A stretch of 64,000 nt of DNA from Clostridiaceae bacterium. Lineage in GTDB: Bacteria; Bacillota; Clostridia; Oscillospirales; Acutalibacteraceae. Both the position numbers and the translations under genes were made by a program. The DNA lies in NCBI GenBank assembly GCA_016282855.1, contig JAEELT010000106.1, forward strand, positions 4,703-68,702, written 5' to 3'. Each line of letters starts with the position of its first letter. The first letter of the stretch is position 1. The notes under the pieces were generated by a model. That model saw only the letters and a program-made list of their open reading frames with translations, did not search any database and was not told the DNA's origin. Below, piece after piece: positions 55,026 through 64,000 of the stretch.

Positions 55026-57800
55026 TTATTCTTTGTTTACGCTCTGCTTTCTCACATCTCCGCAGCAGTTTTTGTATTTCTTGCCGCTTCCGCACGGGCA
55101 GGGCTCATTGGGCCCGATTTTTTTGCCCGTGTTTCTCTTGGGCTGCTTTTTCTCGGTGCCGTCGGTCGCTCCGCTCGTGGAGGTGATTGTAACTGTCTGC
55201 TTGCGCTGGGTATCTTCGGGCCTCTTGACTACCGCGGTGAGTATGATTCTGGAGGTCTCCTCGCGGATTTCCTCGTTCATGCTGTCAAACATATCCGAGC
55301 CGACCTGCCTGTAAGCCACGACGGGGTCGGTCTGTGCGTAAGCCCTGAGGCCTATGCCTCTGCGCAGCTGGTCCATAGCGTCGATGTGATCCATCCAGTG
55401 GTTGTCAACCACGCTGAGCAGGATTCTCTTTTCAAGGTCGCGCATAAGGGGCTCGCCGTTGTTGACGTTGGGGCCTATCTCTCTTTCTCTGTTCTCATAA
55501 AGCTCATCAGCTCTTGTGAGAAGAAGCTCTCTGGCGTCCTCTTTGTCAAAACCGTCTCTGAAGTCATCGTCGCCCGCGAGGCCGAAGCCCTTGAATTTAT
55601 CTCTGAGCCCGTCAACATTCCACTCATCCGCGGGAAGCTGATCCGGGCAGAAGAAATCGACGGCCTCGTTGATGGTACTGTCTATCATACGCCTGATTAC
55701 GGGCTTGAGGTCCTCGCCGTCAAGCACCTGGTCGCGCTGCTTGTAAATGAGCTCACGCTGGCGGTTCATAACGTCGTCATACTGAAGCACGCTCTTTCTG
55801 ATGGCGAAGTTCTTGCCTTCAATGCGCTTCTGGGCATTCTCTATGGTGTTGCTTATCATTCTCGCCTCTATGGGAACATCCTCGGGAGTATTGAGGGCGT
55901 TCATAACGCTTGTGATGCGTTCACCGCCGAACAGCCTCATAAGGTCGTCCTCAAGTGAGAGGAAAAATCTGCTCTTGCCCGGGTCGCCCTGTCTGCCCGA
56001 ACGGCCTCTGAGCTGGTTGTCTATACGCCTTGATTCGTGACGCTCGGTGCCGATAATGAACAGGCCGCCGGCGTCTCTTACTCTGTCCGCCTCGGGCGAA
56101 ATCTCTTCGTCATATTTTTTCTCGAGCTCTGTATATGTTTTTCTTGCCTCAAGGATTTCTTCGTTATCCGTCTCGGCAAAGCCGGTTGCCTCGGCAATCA
56201 TTTCCTCGGCGTAGCCCATTCTGCGCATTTCGCTCGTGGCAAGGTATTCGGAGTTACCGCCGAGCTTGATATCGGTACCGCGGCCCGCCATGTTGGTGGC
56301 GATTGTAACGGCGCCCTCTTTGCCCGCCTGGGCGACTATTTCGGCTTCCTTATCGTGGTACTTGGCGTTGAGCACTTCGTGCTTTATGCCTTTCTTTTTG
56401 AGCAGGGACGAGAGCGCCTCGCTCTTTTCGATTGATACGGTACCCACAAGCACGGGCTGACCCTTGGCGTGCGCCTGGGTGATTGTTTCAATCACCGCCT
56501 GATACTTTGCCCTCTCGGTCTTGTAAACCACATCGGGCATATCTTCTCTTATCATCGGCTTGTTGGTGGGTATTTCGATAACATCAAGCCCGTATATCTG
56601 GTTGAATTCGCCCTCTTCCGTCATGGCAGTACCCGTCATACCGGAGAGCTTTTTATAAAGTCTGAAATAATTCTGGAAGGTGATGGTGGCAAGAGTTTTG
56701 CTCTCGTGCTCAACGTTTACGCCTTCCTTGGCTTCTATTGCCTGATGCAGACCCTCGTTGTAGCGTCTGCCGAGCATAATTCTGCCGGTGAACTCGTCAA
56801 CTATGAGCACCTGATTGTCTTTAACCACATAGTCAACATCGCGTCTCATAACGCCCTGGGCCTTGATTGCCTGGTTAATGTGATGCTGGAGCTGCATGTT
56901 TTCGGCATCCATAAGGTTTTCAACATTGAAAAACTTCTCGGCCTTGGCAACGCCCTTTGAGGTGAGTGTGGCGGTCTTCGCCTTCTCGTCAACAACATAG
57001 TCGGCGTTTTCATCGGCCACATCCTCAACATTTACCTTGCTCTCAACCTCTTTTATTCTCTGGCACCTGAGGGTGACCGCAAAGGAATTGGCGAGCTTAT
57101 AAAGGTCGGTGGATTTCTCTCCGCGCCCCGAAATGATAAGGGGAGTACGCGCTTCATCAATAAGGATAGAGTCCACCTCGTCCACTATGGCGTAGCTGTG
57201 GCCTCTCTGCACCTTCTGCTCCTTATAAACGACCATATTGTCTCTAAGGTAGTCGAAACCCATCTCGTTGTTTGTGCCGTAGGTGATGTCGGCGTTGTAG
57301 GCTTCCTGCCTTTCGCTGTTTTCTTTTTCGTGCACTATCAGGCCGACAGAAAGGCCCATAAACCTGTAGACCTTGCCCATCCACTCACTGTCGCGGCGGG
57401 CAAGATAATCATTTACCGTGACTATATGGACTCCTTCGCCCGAAAGAGCGTTGAGATAAGCGGGGAGGGTGGCAACGAGGGTTTTGCCTTCGCCGGTCTT
57501 CATTTCGGCGATTCTGCCCTGATGCAGTATGATGCCGCCGATAATCTGTACCGGGAAGTGCTTGAGCCCTATAACTCGCCATGAAGCCTCACGGCAGGCG
57601 GCAAAAGCATCCGGAAGAATATCGTCGAGCGTTTCTCCGTTTTTCAGGCGCTCCTTGAGCCAGGGGGTCTTTGCCTGGAGCTCCTCATCGGTGAGAGCCG
57701 CGTACTCGCTTTCAAGGGCAAGCACCTTGTCGCACAGCGGCTGTATTCTTTTAACTTCTTTGGAGGAGTAATCTCCGAAGAGCTTTTTGAATAATCCCAT
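55026..57800 (-). CDS. secA: Preprotein translocase subunit SecA
   Basis: [73 protein letters not shown] motif [13 protein letters not shown]. Confidence 0.98.
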   Translation of the reverse strand: MGLFKKLFGDYSSKEVKRIQPLCDKVLALESEYAALTDEELQAKTPWLKERLKNGETLDDILPDAFAACREASWRVIGLKHFPVQIIGGIILHQGRIAEMKTGEGKTLVATLPAYLNALSGEGVHIVTVNDYLARRDSEWMGKVYRFMGLSVGLIVHEKENSERQEAYNADITYGTNNEMGFDYLRDNMVVYKEQKVQRGHSYAIVDEVDSILIDEARTPLIISGRGEKSTDLYKLANSFAVTLRCQRIKEVESKVNVEDVADENADYVVDEKAKTATLTSKGVAKAEKFFNVENLMDAENMQLQHHINQAIKAQGVMRRDVDYVVKDNQVLIVDEFTGRIMLGRRYNEGLHQAIEAKEGVNVEHESKTLATITFQNYFRLYKKLSGMTGTAMTEEGEFNQIYGLDVIEIPTNKPMIREDMPDVVYKTERAKYQAVIETITQAHAKGQPVLVGTVSIEKSEALSSLLKKKGIKHEVLNAKYHDKEAEIVAQAGKEGAVTIATNMAGRGTDIKLGGNSEYLATSEMRRMGYAEEMIAEATGFAETDNEEILEARKTYTELEKKYDEEISPEADRVRDAGGLFIIGTERHESRRIDNQLRGRSGRQGDPGKSRFFLSLEDDLMRLFGGERITSVMNALNTPEDVPIEARMISNTIENAQKRIEGKNFAIRKSVLQYDDVMNRQRELIYKQRDQVLDGEDLKPVIRRMIDSTINEAVDFFCPDQLPADEWNVDGLRDKFKGFGLAGDDDFRDGFDKEDARELLLTRADELYENREREIGPNVNNGEPLMRDLEKRILLSVVDNHWMDHIDAMDQLRRGIGLRAYAQTDPVVAYRQVGSDMFDSMNEEIREETSRIILTAVVKRPEDTQRKQTVTITSTSGATDGTEKKQPKRNTGKKIGPNEPCPCGSGKKYKNCCGDVRKQSVNKE

Positions 57801-57811
57801 AGTTGTTCTCC

Positions 57812-59119
57812 TTACTGCGCTGATTTGAATGTATAAATTACGGAGCCGATATTTTCACCTGTTTCTTCGGCGGGGCGCGCGCTCATAACAGATGAGGAAT
57901 CCACCCACACAAAGCTGCTGCTTTCGCTGAAGAGAAGGGGCTCGGAATAAACCTTTGTTTCGGCGGAGCCGTCGCTGCAGGCACAGACGATTTTCTGCAC
58001 GGGCACGCCGTTTGAATTTGCCTGACCGCAATATGCTATCACGGCTTTTTTACCGTCGGGTGAAACGCTGAATATATCCGCGTCCCTGAAGTCCGCGCCG
58101 GAGAAGGTTGCCTTGTCGCCGGTGAGCAGGTTGACCGCTTCGCCCGTTGATTTATTAAGAAGCACATTTCCGCTTCTCAGGTAGTCTTCAAAGAAGTCGC
58201 CCGCGAAGGAGCTTCCCTTCTTCTCGGATTTTTTGCCGTCCTTTGTAACGGCGGTGACGCACACAAAGCCGTCCTTATCCTTCTTAAGGTAATGCATGCC
58301 GTCGGCGTCATTGACAAACCATGTGCCGATAATATCCTTTGCGACAATTGCCGGGCGGTAGTTGCCGGAATACTCCATTATATCGGTCCTTCTGCCGAAT
58401 TCCTCCTCGGTATAATAGCGCGAGGACATAAAGAGCTTTGCTGCGCCCATTGAAGCGAGAAATTCATCCGTCATATTGTCCCAGCTCTGCTTGTAGGTGG
58501 CGTTTGAGTCAATGAGACGGGTATTCTGGCTGAGCCTGAGCGATACGGAAGCGGCTTTAAGGTCGTACTCGAAGATATCGTCATACACCTTGTCGGCTCT
58601 GAAGAAATCCTCCTTGGTGTAGTCGGCAAGTAGCAGATATTTTTTGCCGTAGCTCTCAGGCATTTTCACGAGCTTGACAAAAGCGTAGCCGTAGTATTTG
58701 ACGGCTGAGCTCATATCGGAGGTGAAAACACCCACGCCGTACTCTGAGCCGCCGATATTTATATATTTCACTTTTACGGGTATGGACTGGCCCGAGGCGC
58801 TCAGGCTGACGGACGCGGTCTTTACCTCGCCGGGAGCTTTTACAAAGCCCTCCGATGTGAGCTGATAAAAGCCGATGTTGTTTTTAAGGTCCGCTGTGTA
58901 GTAGCAGCCCTCAGGCCCGAGCGGAAGAAAGATTTTGCCGCCCTCGCCGGCCGCCGTTACCGCCTGAGTGTATTCGGATGATGAGAGAGAGAATACGGCG
59001 TTTTCAGTGACCGTCTCCTCAGAAGAGGATGTTTTACTCTTTGAGGACAGCACAAACAGCATTGCGCTGAAAGCGCAGATAAGCGCGAAAATAATAGCTA
59101 GGAGTTTGACAGCTTTCAT
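57812..59119 (-). CDS. Hypothetical exported or membrane-anchored beta-rich protein
   Basis: N-terminal hydrophobic helix; possible propeller-like segment [12 protein letters not shown]; RBS GGAGG. Confidence 0.75.
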   Translation of the reverse strand: MKAVKLLAIIFALICAFSAMLFVLSSKSKTSSSEETVTENAVFSLSSSEYTQAVTAAGEGGKIFLPLGPEGCYYTADLKNNIGFYQLTSEGFVKAPGEVKTASVSLSASGQSIPVKVKYINIGGSEYGVGVFTSDMSSAVKYYGYAFVKLVKMPESYGKKYLLLADYTKEDFFRADKVYDDIFEYDLKAASVSLRLSQNTRLIDSNATYKQSWDNMTDEFLASMGAAKLFMSSRYYTEEEFGRRTDIMEYSGNYRPAIVAKDIIGTWFVNDADGMHYLKKDKDGFVCVTAVTKDGKKSEKKGSSFAGDFFEDYLRSGNVLLNKSTGEAVNLLTGDKATFSGADFRDADIFSVSPDGKKAVIAYCGQANSNGVPVQKIVCACSDGSAETKVYSEPLLFSESSSFVWVDSSSVMSARPAEETGENIGSVIYTFKSAQ

Positions 59120-59131
59120 ATTAACCTCCGG

Positions 59132-59890
59132 TCATATATCTATATCGAGCTCCACCGGGCAGTGGTCGGAGCCGAAGATTTCGGTGTGAATTTTTGCGTC
59201 TTTCATATTGTCACGCAGTCTGTCGGACACAATGAAATAGTCTATACGCCAGCCGGCGTTCTTTGCCCTTGCCGAGAAGCGGTAGCTCCACCAGGAGTAA
59301 ACCCCCTCAAGGTCCGGGTAGAAATAACGGAAGGAATCCGTGAAACCGCCTTCAAGCACGGCGGCTATTTTTGACCTTTCTTCGTCGGTAAAGCCGGCGT
59401 TTTTGTGATTGCTTTTCGGATTTTTAAGGTCAATCTCGTTATGCGCCACATTCAGGTCGCCGCAGTAGATGACAGGCTTTTTCTTATCGAGCGCGGTTAT
59501 GTAGGCGAGGAAGGCGTCCTCCCACTCCATACGGTAATCGAGGCGGGTGAGACCGTCTCTGGAGTTGGGCACATAGACGGTGATGAAGTAATAATCCTTA
59601 AACTCCGCGGTTATGACCCTGCCTTCGGTATCGTGCTCGGGAATGCCTATGCCGTATGTTACGCGCAGCGGCTCTTCCTTTGTGAAAAGGGCGGTGCCGG
59701 AGTAGCCCTTTTTCTCGGCATAGTTCCAGTATTGATGGTATCCCGGCAGCTCCAGCTCGGTCTGACCGGCCTGCACCTTGGTTTCCTGCAGGCAGAATAT
59801 ATCGGCGCCGAGCGAGTTGAAAGAGGCCATGAAATCCTTGCCCAGGCAGGCTCTTATTCCGTTAACGTTCCATGAAACAAATTTTTTCAT
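59132..59890 (-). CDS. xth: Exodeoxyribonuclease III / AP endonuclease
   Basis: SWNVNGIRA, LQETK, GYSGTA, EGRVI, YVPN, GDLNVAH, YSWWSYR, GWRIDYF, SDHCPV. Confidence 0.97.
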   Translation of the reverse strand: MKKFVSWNVNGIRACLGKDFMASFNSLGADIFCLQETKVQAGQTELELPGYHQYWNYAEKKGYSGTALFTKEEPLRVTYGIGIPEHDTEGRVITAEFKDYYFITVYVPNSRDGLTRLDYRMEWEDAFLAYITALDKKKPVIYCGDLNVAHNEIDLKNPKSNHKNAGFTDEERSKIAAVLEGGFTDSFRYFYPDLEGVYSWWSYRFSARAKNAGWRIDYFIVSDRLRDNMKDAKIHTEIFGSDHCPVELDIDI

Positions 59891-60017
59891 CGCGCCCTCC
59901 CGATAAGAGATAAGAGTTGATGCTGAGTAAACTTATGCATTATCAATGCATTATAGCATATATAGCTAAATAAGTCACTATATATTTATAAAATGTGTGT
60001 GAATTTTTTTTGCCTTC

Positions 60018-60046
60018 TTGACAAAGAATATAAGATGTAGTATTCT
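60018..60046 (+). promoter_or_regulatory. Sigma-A promoter
   Basis: TTGACA-17 nt-TATTCT. Confidence 0.7.
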
Positions 60047-60120
60047 TTTTTTGTACGTTACGATCGCTTTGTATGAGTGACCGTTTGTCAAAAACAAAAC
60101 CTTTCACAGGAGGAAAAACC

Positions 60121-61029
60121 ATGAAAAAGTTACTTGCTGTTCTGCTTGCGCTTTCCATGCTCGTTGCGTTTGCAGCTTGCGGCTCAAAGGCAGCTCCCGA
60201 AGACACCACGGAGCCTGAAGTTACCGAAGAGATAACCGAAGAAGTTTCCGAAGATGCAAGCGAAGCTGTTTCCGAAGAGGTTTCAGAGGATGCAAGCGAA
60301 GCCGCTTCCGAAGAGGCGAGCGAGGCTGTTTCAGAGGATGCAAGCGAAGCTGCTTCCGAAGAGGCAAGCGAAGCCGCTTCCGAGAGTGAGACTGAGTCCA
60401 CCACCGAAGCTTCAAAGATTCCTCAGACCACTGAAGAAATCGTTGCTTATTACAACGCTGCCCGCAAGGCTACCAAGCCTGCTCCCAAGGGCAATCAGAC
60501 AATGGCTCTCAAGGGCGACATCACCGGTGACGGCGCAATCGGCACCTTCTCAGGCATTCTTACCAAGGCTGCCAACAGCGCTCTTTCCAAGAACTCCAAA
60601 GAGACTGACTGGATTCCCGCTGCCGACCACGCAGACATCAAAGCTTCCGATGTTAAGTCCGCAACTGCCAAAGACGACGGCAAGGGCAATGTGATTGTTA
60701 CCATTTACTTCAAGGATCAGGTTGACGGTTCTGACGGCGACTCCAACAACGGCGGCCCCGTAGCCCGCGGCGTTGGTACTCTCGGCAGCATTGACGGCGC
60801 ACTCAGCGAGATGGGCGCTACAATGACCGAAGGCAGAGATACCGTTAAGCTTACTTACACAGACGCTTATGTAAAGAACGTAGTCATCAACCAGAAGTCC
60901 GGCAAGATCACCGGCGGTGAGTGGCATTACACTGTTAAGATTTTCGTCGGCGATGCAAGAGCTAAACTCGGCATCACCGCACATCTTGAAAATATCAATG
61001 CCGCTGTTGACTACAAGGTTGTTATCTGA
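60121..61029 (+). CDS. Uncharacterised lipoprotein with acidic repeat linker (paralog of 47396-48334)
   Basis: Lipobox FAAC, (E-x-x-S)n linker, PQTTEEIVAYYNAA domain; ATG 60121 behind AGGAGG. Confidence 0.85.
   Translation: MKKLLAVLLALSMLVAFAACGSKAAPEDTTEPEVTEEITEEVSEDASEAVSEEVSEDASEAASEEASEAVSEDASEAASEEASEAASESETESTTEASKIPQTTEEIVAYYNAARKATKPAPKGNQTMALKGDITGDGAIGTFSGILTKAANSALSKNSKETDWIPAADHADIKASDVKSATAKDDGKGNVIVTIYFKDQVDGSDGDSNNGGPVARGVGTLGSIDGALSEMGATMTEGRDTVKLTYTDAYVKNVVINQKSGKITGGEWHYTVKIFVGDARAKLGITAHLENINAAVDYKVVI
60238..60383 (+). repeat. Degenerate 12-bp coding tandem repeat (EEVS/EDAS/EAAS, about 12 copies)
   Basis: Units such as gaggatgcaagc, gaagctgtttcc and gaagccgcttcc, with a higher-order 48-bp repeat. 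Confidence 0.8.
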
Positions 61030-61062
61030 CCTGTTTCACGGTAATATTTAAATGATTTTTCC

Positions 61063-61096
61063 GGGCTCTCCGCTTACGGCGGGGAGCCTGTTTTTT
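61063..61096 (+). terminator. Rho-independent terminator
   Basis: GGGCTCTCCGC-TTACG-GCGGGGAGCCT followed by a T run. Confidence 0.85.
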
Positions 61097-61167
61097 ATGT
61101 TGAAATTATGCGCGCGTTATGATAATGTATTATACAGTAAAAATGAATTACTCACGCGGAGCGCAGT

Positions 61168-61737
61168 ATGAAAGAGTACTTTTTGTCACTTTTCGCCACC
61201 CCGCTTATGGGGGCGGCGCAGGCGGTCGGCTTTGCGGCGATGGCCTGCGCGATAATCTGCTTTGCGCAGAAAAAACGGAAAAACATAATAATCTGGCAGA
61301 TAATCACTCTCGTATTCTGGGTGCTTCATTTTATTCTGCTGAGAAACCCGACGGCAGCGGCGATAAACACCACGCAGATTGCGAGAAATCTGGTGTTTAT
61401 AAACCGCGAAAAGCATTCCTGGGCGTCAAAGAATATCTGGCCCGTTTTCTTTATTATGCTGACAGTTGCAATAGGTCTGCTCACGTGGCAAAATGCGCTG
61501 AGCATAATGCCCATAGTCGGAACCTCGCTCGCTACAGTGGCAATGTGGCTCAGAAAGCCGCTTCACATACGCCTGCTCACTCTGCCTGTTTCGGTTTTGT
61601 GGTGCGTTTATGATTTTATCACAAAGTCGATAGCGGGCGCCAGCAACGAGATATTCACCATCATAACGATAATAATCGCAATATTCGCAGTGGATTTAAA
61701 ACAAAAAAGCATAAAAACCGGAAAAGGAGAAATATAA
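61168..61737 (+). CDS. YgjV-family inner membrane protein
   Basis: AQAVGF..FAQKKRKNI..WVLHFILL..AA.N...RN pattern; multiple TM helices. Confidence 0.78.
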   Translation: MKEYFLSLFATPLMGAAQAVGFAAMACAIICFAQKKRKNIIIWQIITLVFWVLHFILLRNPTAAAINTTQIARNLVFINREKHSWASKNIWPVFFIMLTVAIGLLTWQNALSIMPIVGTSLATVAMWLRKPLHIRLLTLPVSVLWCVYDFITKSIAGASNEIFTIITIIIAIFAVDLKQKSIKTGKGEI

Positions 61738-62354
61738 TGAAAGTTCTGATGATTAACGGCTCACCCCGCAAGGGCGGCAACACATCGAAAGCTCTTGAAG
61801 AAATGGAGAAGGTCTTTGCCGCGCAGGGCATAGACTGTGAAACCGTGCAGATAGGCGCGATGGCTGTCAAGGGTTGCCTGGCCTGCGGCTATTGCGCAAA
61901 AAACGGGAAATGCGTTACCGACGATATAGTCAACGAACTTTCCGTAAAATTTTCGCAGGCCGACGGCCTGGTCGTAGCGAGCCCCGTTTATTACGCCTCG
62001 GCAAACGGCACCCTGATTTCCTGCCTTGACAGGCTGTTTTACAGCAGCAAATTCGATATGACAATGAAGGTCGGCGCAAGCGTGGTATGCGCAAGGCGCG
62101 GCGGCTGCTCGGCAACCTTTGACGAGCTTAACAAGTATTTCACCATATCCGGCATGCCCGTTGCGTCCTCGCGCTATTGGAACAGTATTCACGGCGGCGC
62201 AAAGGGGGATGCTCTGCAGGACGAAGAGGGTCTTCAGACAATGCGGATACTCGCCGCGAATATGGCGTTTCTTATGAAGAGCATTGCTCTGGGCAAAGAA
62301 AAATACGGGATGCCCGCAAAAGAAGATAAAGTATTTACTAATTTCATCAGGTAA
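61737..62354 (+). CDS. Flavodoxin-family / iron-sulfur flavoprotein (NADPH-dependent FMN reductase-like)
   Basis: INGSPRKGGNT, Cx2Cx2Cx5C, ASPVYYA, ARRGG, QDEEGLQTMR. Confidence 0.9.
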   Translation: MKVLMINGSPRKGGNTSKALEEMEKVFAAQGIDCETVQIGAMAVKGCLACGYCAKNGKCVTDDIVNELSVKFSQADGLVVASPVYYASANGTLISCLDRLFYSSKFDMTMKVGASVVCARRGGCSATFDELNKYFTISGMPVASSRYWNSIHGGAKGDALQDEEGLQTMRILAANMAFLMKSIALGKEKYGMPAKEDKVFTNFIR

Positions 62355-62360
62355 ACGAAA

Positions 62361-63092
62361 ATGACCGAAAGTAACAAAAAGGCTTTTCGCGAGGGCTTCA
62401 GGGACGGCATTCCCATAGGTCTCGGTTATCTCGCCGTGGCGTTTTCGCTCGGAATTACCGCGAGGGTAAGCGGGCTTAACTGGCTTCAGGCGTTTATCGC
62501 AAGCGCCACATCCTACGCGTCTGCCGGGGAATACGCGGGCTTTACCGTAATCGGCAGCGGCGGCAGCTACGCCGAAATGGCGCTTATGATTCTTGTGGCA
62601 AACTGCCGCTATCTGCTTATGAGCGCAGCTCTGAGCCAGCGCCTGTCTGCCGATATGCCTTATTATCACAGATTCCTGCTGGCGACACACGTGACCGATG
62701 AGATTTTCGGCATAAACATCTCAAGGCCGGGCAAGCTGGTGCCTGCTTATGATTATGCCGCTTTTCTCGCGAGCGGACCTGCCTGGGCGGTTGGCACCGC
62801 TGTCGGGGTGCTTGCGGGCAACATACTTCCAGACAGGGTTGTCAGCGCGCTGAGCGTTGCTCTCTTCGGCATGTTTATTGCGATTATCATTCCTCCCGCA
62901 AAAAAGAACAGGGTCATCGCGGGGCTTGTGCTTGTGTCATTTGCGCTGAGCTTTGCCTGCGGCAGAATACCCTATGTGCGCGAAATGTCATCGGGCGTGA
63001 GGATAATAATACTAACCGTGATAATTGCCGCTGCGGCTGCTGTCCTTTTCCCGGTAAAAGATGAGGAAAAGGAGGATGCAGGCGGTGCATAA
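62361..63092 (+). CDS. azlC: Branched-chain amino acid exporter, AzlC family
   Basis: PIGLGYLAVAFSLG, YASAGEY, NCRYLLMS, VTDEIF, ALFGMFI. Confidence 0.9.
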   Translation: MTESNKKAFREGFRDGIPIGLGYLAVAFSLGITARVSGLNWLQAFIASATSYASAGEYAGFTVIGSGGSYAEMALMILVANCRYLLMSAALSQRLSADMPYYHRFLLATHVTDEIFGINISRPGKLVPAYDYAAFLASGPAWAVGTAVGVLAGNILPDRVVSALSVALFGMFIAIIIPPAKKNRVIAGLVLVSFALSFACGRIPYVREMSSGVRIIILTVIIAAAAAVLFPVKDEEKEDAGGA

Positions 63093-63399
63093 CATCTATA
63101 TTCACATCCTGGTTATGGGCGCCGTGAGCTATCTTATAAGGGTACTGCCCCTCACGCTCATAAAGAAGGAAATCACCAACAGATACGTAAAATCGTTTCT
63201 TTTCTATGTGCCGTATGTCACTCTGGCTGTAATGACCTTCCCCGCAATCATTGAGGCAACGCAAAGCCCCGTTTCGGGTGCGCTCGCGCTTGCGGCGGGT
63301 ATTATCCTCTCGCTTATCGGAGCAAATCTTATCCAGGTGGCGGGCGCGTGCTGCGCCGTTGTATTTATCAGCGAGCTTATAATAGGTAAAATAGTATGA
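63085..63399 (+). CDS. azlD: AzlD-domain membrane protein
   Basis: VMGAVSYLIRVLP, FLFYVPYVTLAVMTFP; follows azlC; start is GTG 63085 or ATG 63076. Confidence 0.85.
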   Translation: MHNIYIHILVMGAVSYLIRVLPLTLIKKEITNRYVKSFLFYVPYVTLAVMTFPAIIEATQSPVSGALALAAGIILSLIGANLIQVAGACCAVVFISELIIGKIV

Positions 63400-64000
63400 A
63401 CGATATTTTCACAAGCAAAGTACCCCTCAGATTCAGGGGCGGAAAATTCAGAATCCTCTGCGTGTCAGACATTCACGGCGGCGTGGGCTATGATGAGCAG
63501 CGCACGGTGAGAGACCTGAGCAGGCTCATTCAGGCTGCTGAGCCCGGGCTTGTTCTTCTGCTCGGCGACAACGCGGGGCCCGGAACAATACATATTGAAA
63601 ACACGGCGCAGCTCAGAGAAATGCTTGACGGTCTTTCCTCTCCGATGGAGAGCAGGAGCATCCCTTGGGCGCACGTTTACGGCAATCACGACGACAACTT
63701 CGGCGTTGACAACAAGGACGCTCAGAAGGTTTACGAATCATATCCCCACTGCGTTTCAAAGGCCGGAGCGGAAAGCCTGCCGGGCTGCGGCAACTATGTG
63801 CTCCCCGTTTATGACGAAGCGGGCGACAAAATAATTTTTGCCGTCTATGCCCTTGATTCGCACAGAGGAGACGATGAATTCAAACTGAGATACGGGCTTG
63901 ACCCCGGCACACAGACAGTGCTGCCCGACAGAGGCGGAATCGACAGCTCCGAAAGGGGAGTGGATTTTTGCCAGGTGCAGTATTACTGCCGCCTTTCGGA
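63396..64000 (+). CDS. Metallophosphoesterase (Dcr2-like); runs off the window edge
   Basis: Manual translation gives MNDIFTSKVPLRFRGGKFRILCVSDIH..LLGDN..PWAHVYGNHDD..GCGNYVLPV..LDSH; ATGA overlap with the azlD stop. Confidence 0.85.
   Translation, partial: MNDIFTSKVPLRFRGGKFRILCVSDIHGGVGYDEQRTVRDLSRLIQAAEPGLVLLLGDNAGPGTIHIENTAQLREMLDGLSSPMESRSIPWAHVYGNHDDNFGVDNKDAQKVYESYPHCVSKAGAESLPGCGNYVLPVYDEAGDKIIFAVYALDSHRGDDEFKLRYGLDPGTQTVLPDRGGIDSSERGVDFCQVQYYCRLS

Noticed and set aside
54837-55958. 373-aa plus-strand ORF
   Set aside because: Antisense shadow of secA.
61761-62690. 309-aa minus-strand ORF
   Set aside because: Antisense to the flavodoxin and azlC genes.

Overview
Chromosomal segment of an anaerobic Firmicute (Clostridia, probably an Oscillospirales-type gut or rumen organism; this is inferred from gene content and codon style). 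Most of the window is housekeeping and catabolic: thrC (partial), GH36 alpha-galactosidase, tRNA-Leu(TAA), GH116, an S8 protease, mfd, dgt-dnaG-rpoD, pduL, deoC-deoD-cdd, a SufC/SufBD pair, secA, xth and azlCD. I saw no integrase, transposase, CRISPR array, rRNA or reverse transcriptase. The standout is a 16.4-kb cluster (3782-20185) of three giant secreted proteins with no catalytic domain I can recognise. Protein A is helix-rich with FIVAR-like modules and a C-terminal dockerin. Protein B has a cohesin-like N-terminus, many Listeria/Bacteroides (Flg_new) repeats and no visible anchor. Protein C has a cohesin-like N-terminus, Flg_new repeats, an internal Val/Gly hydrophobic hairpin and a sortase signal. 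Together they suggest a non-cellulosomal cohesin-dockerin cell-surface assembly. The cluster has a consensus promoter, a ~245-nt structured leader and an internal stem-loop. Gene C shares an upstream operator-like motif and its C-terminal tail with a small sortase-type substrate 30 kb away. Other oddities are a secreted protein with eukaryote-like zinc fingers, a GNAT-oxidoreductase fusion and a paralogous LCAT-like pair. All domain calls come from reading motifs by eye; no searches were run.
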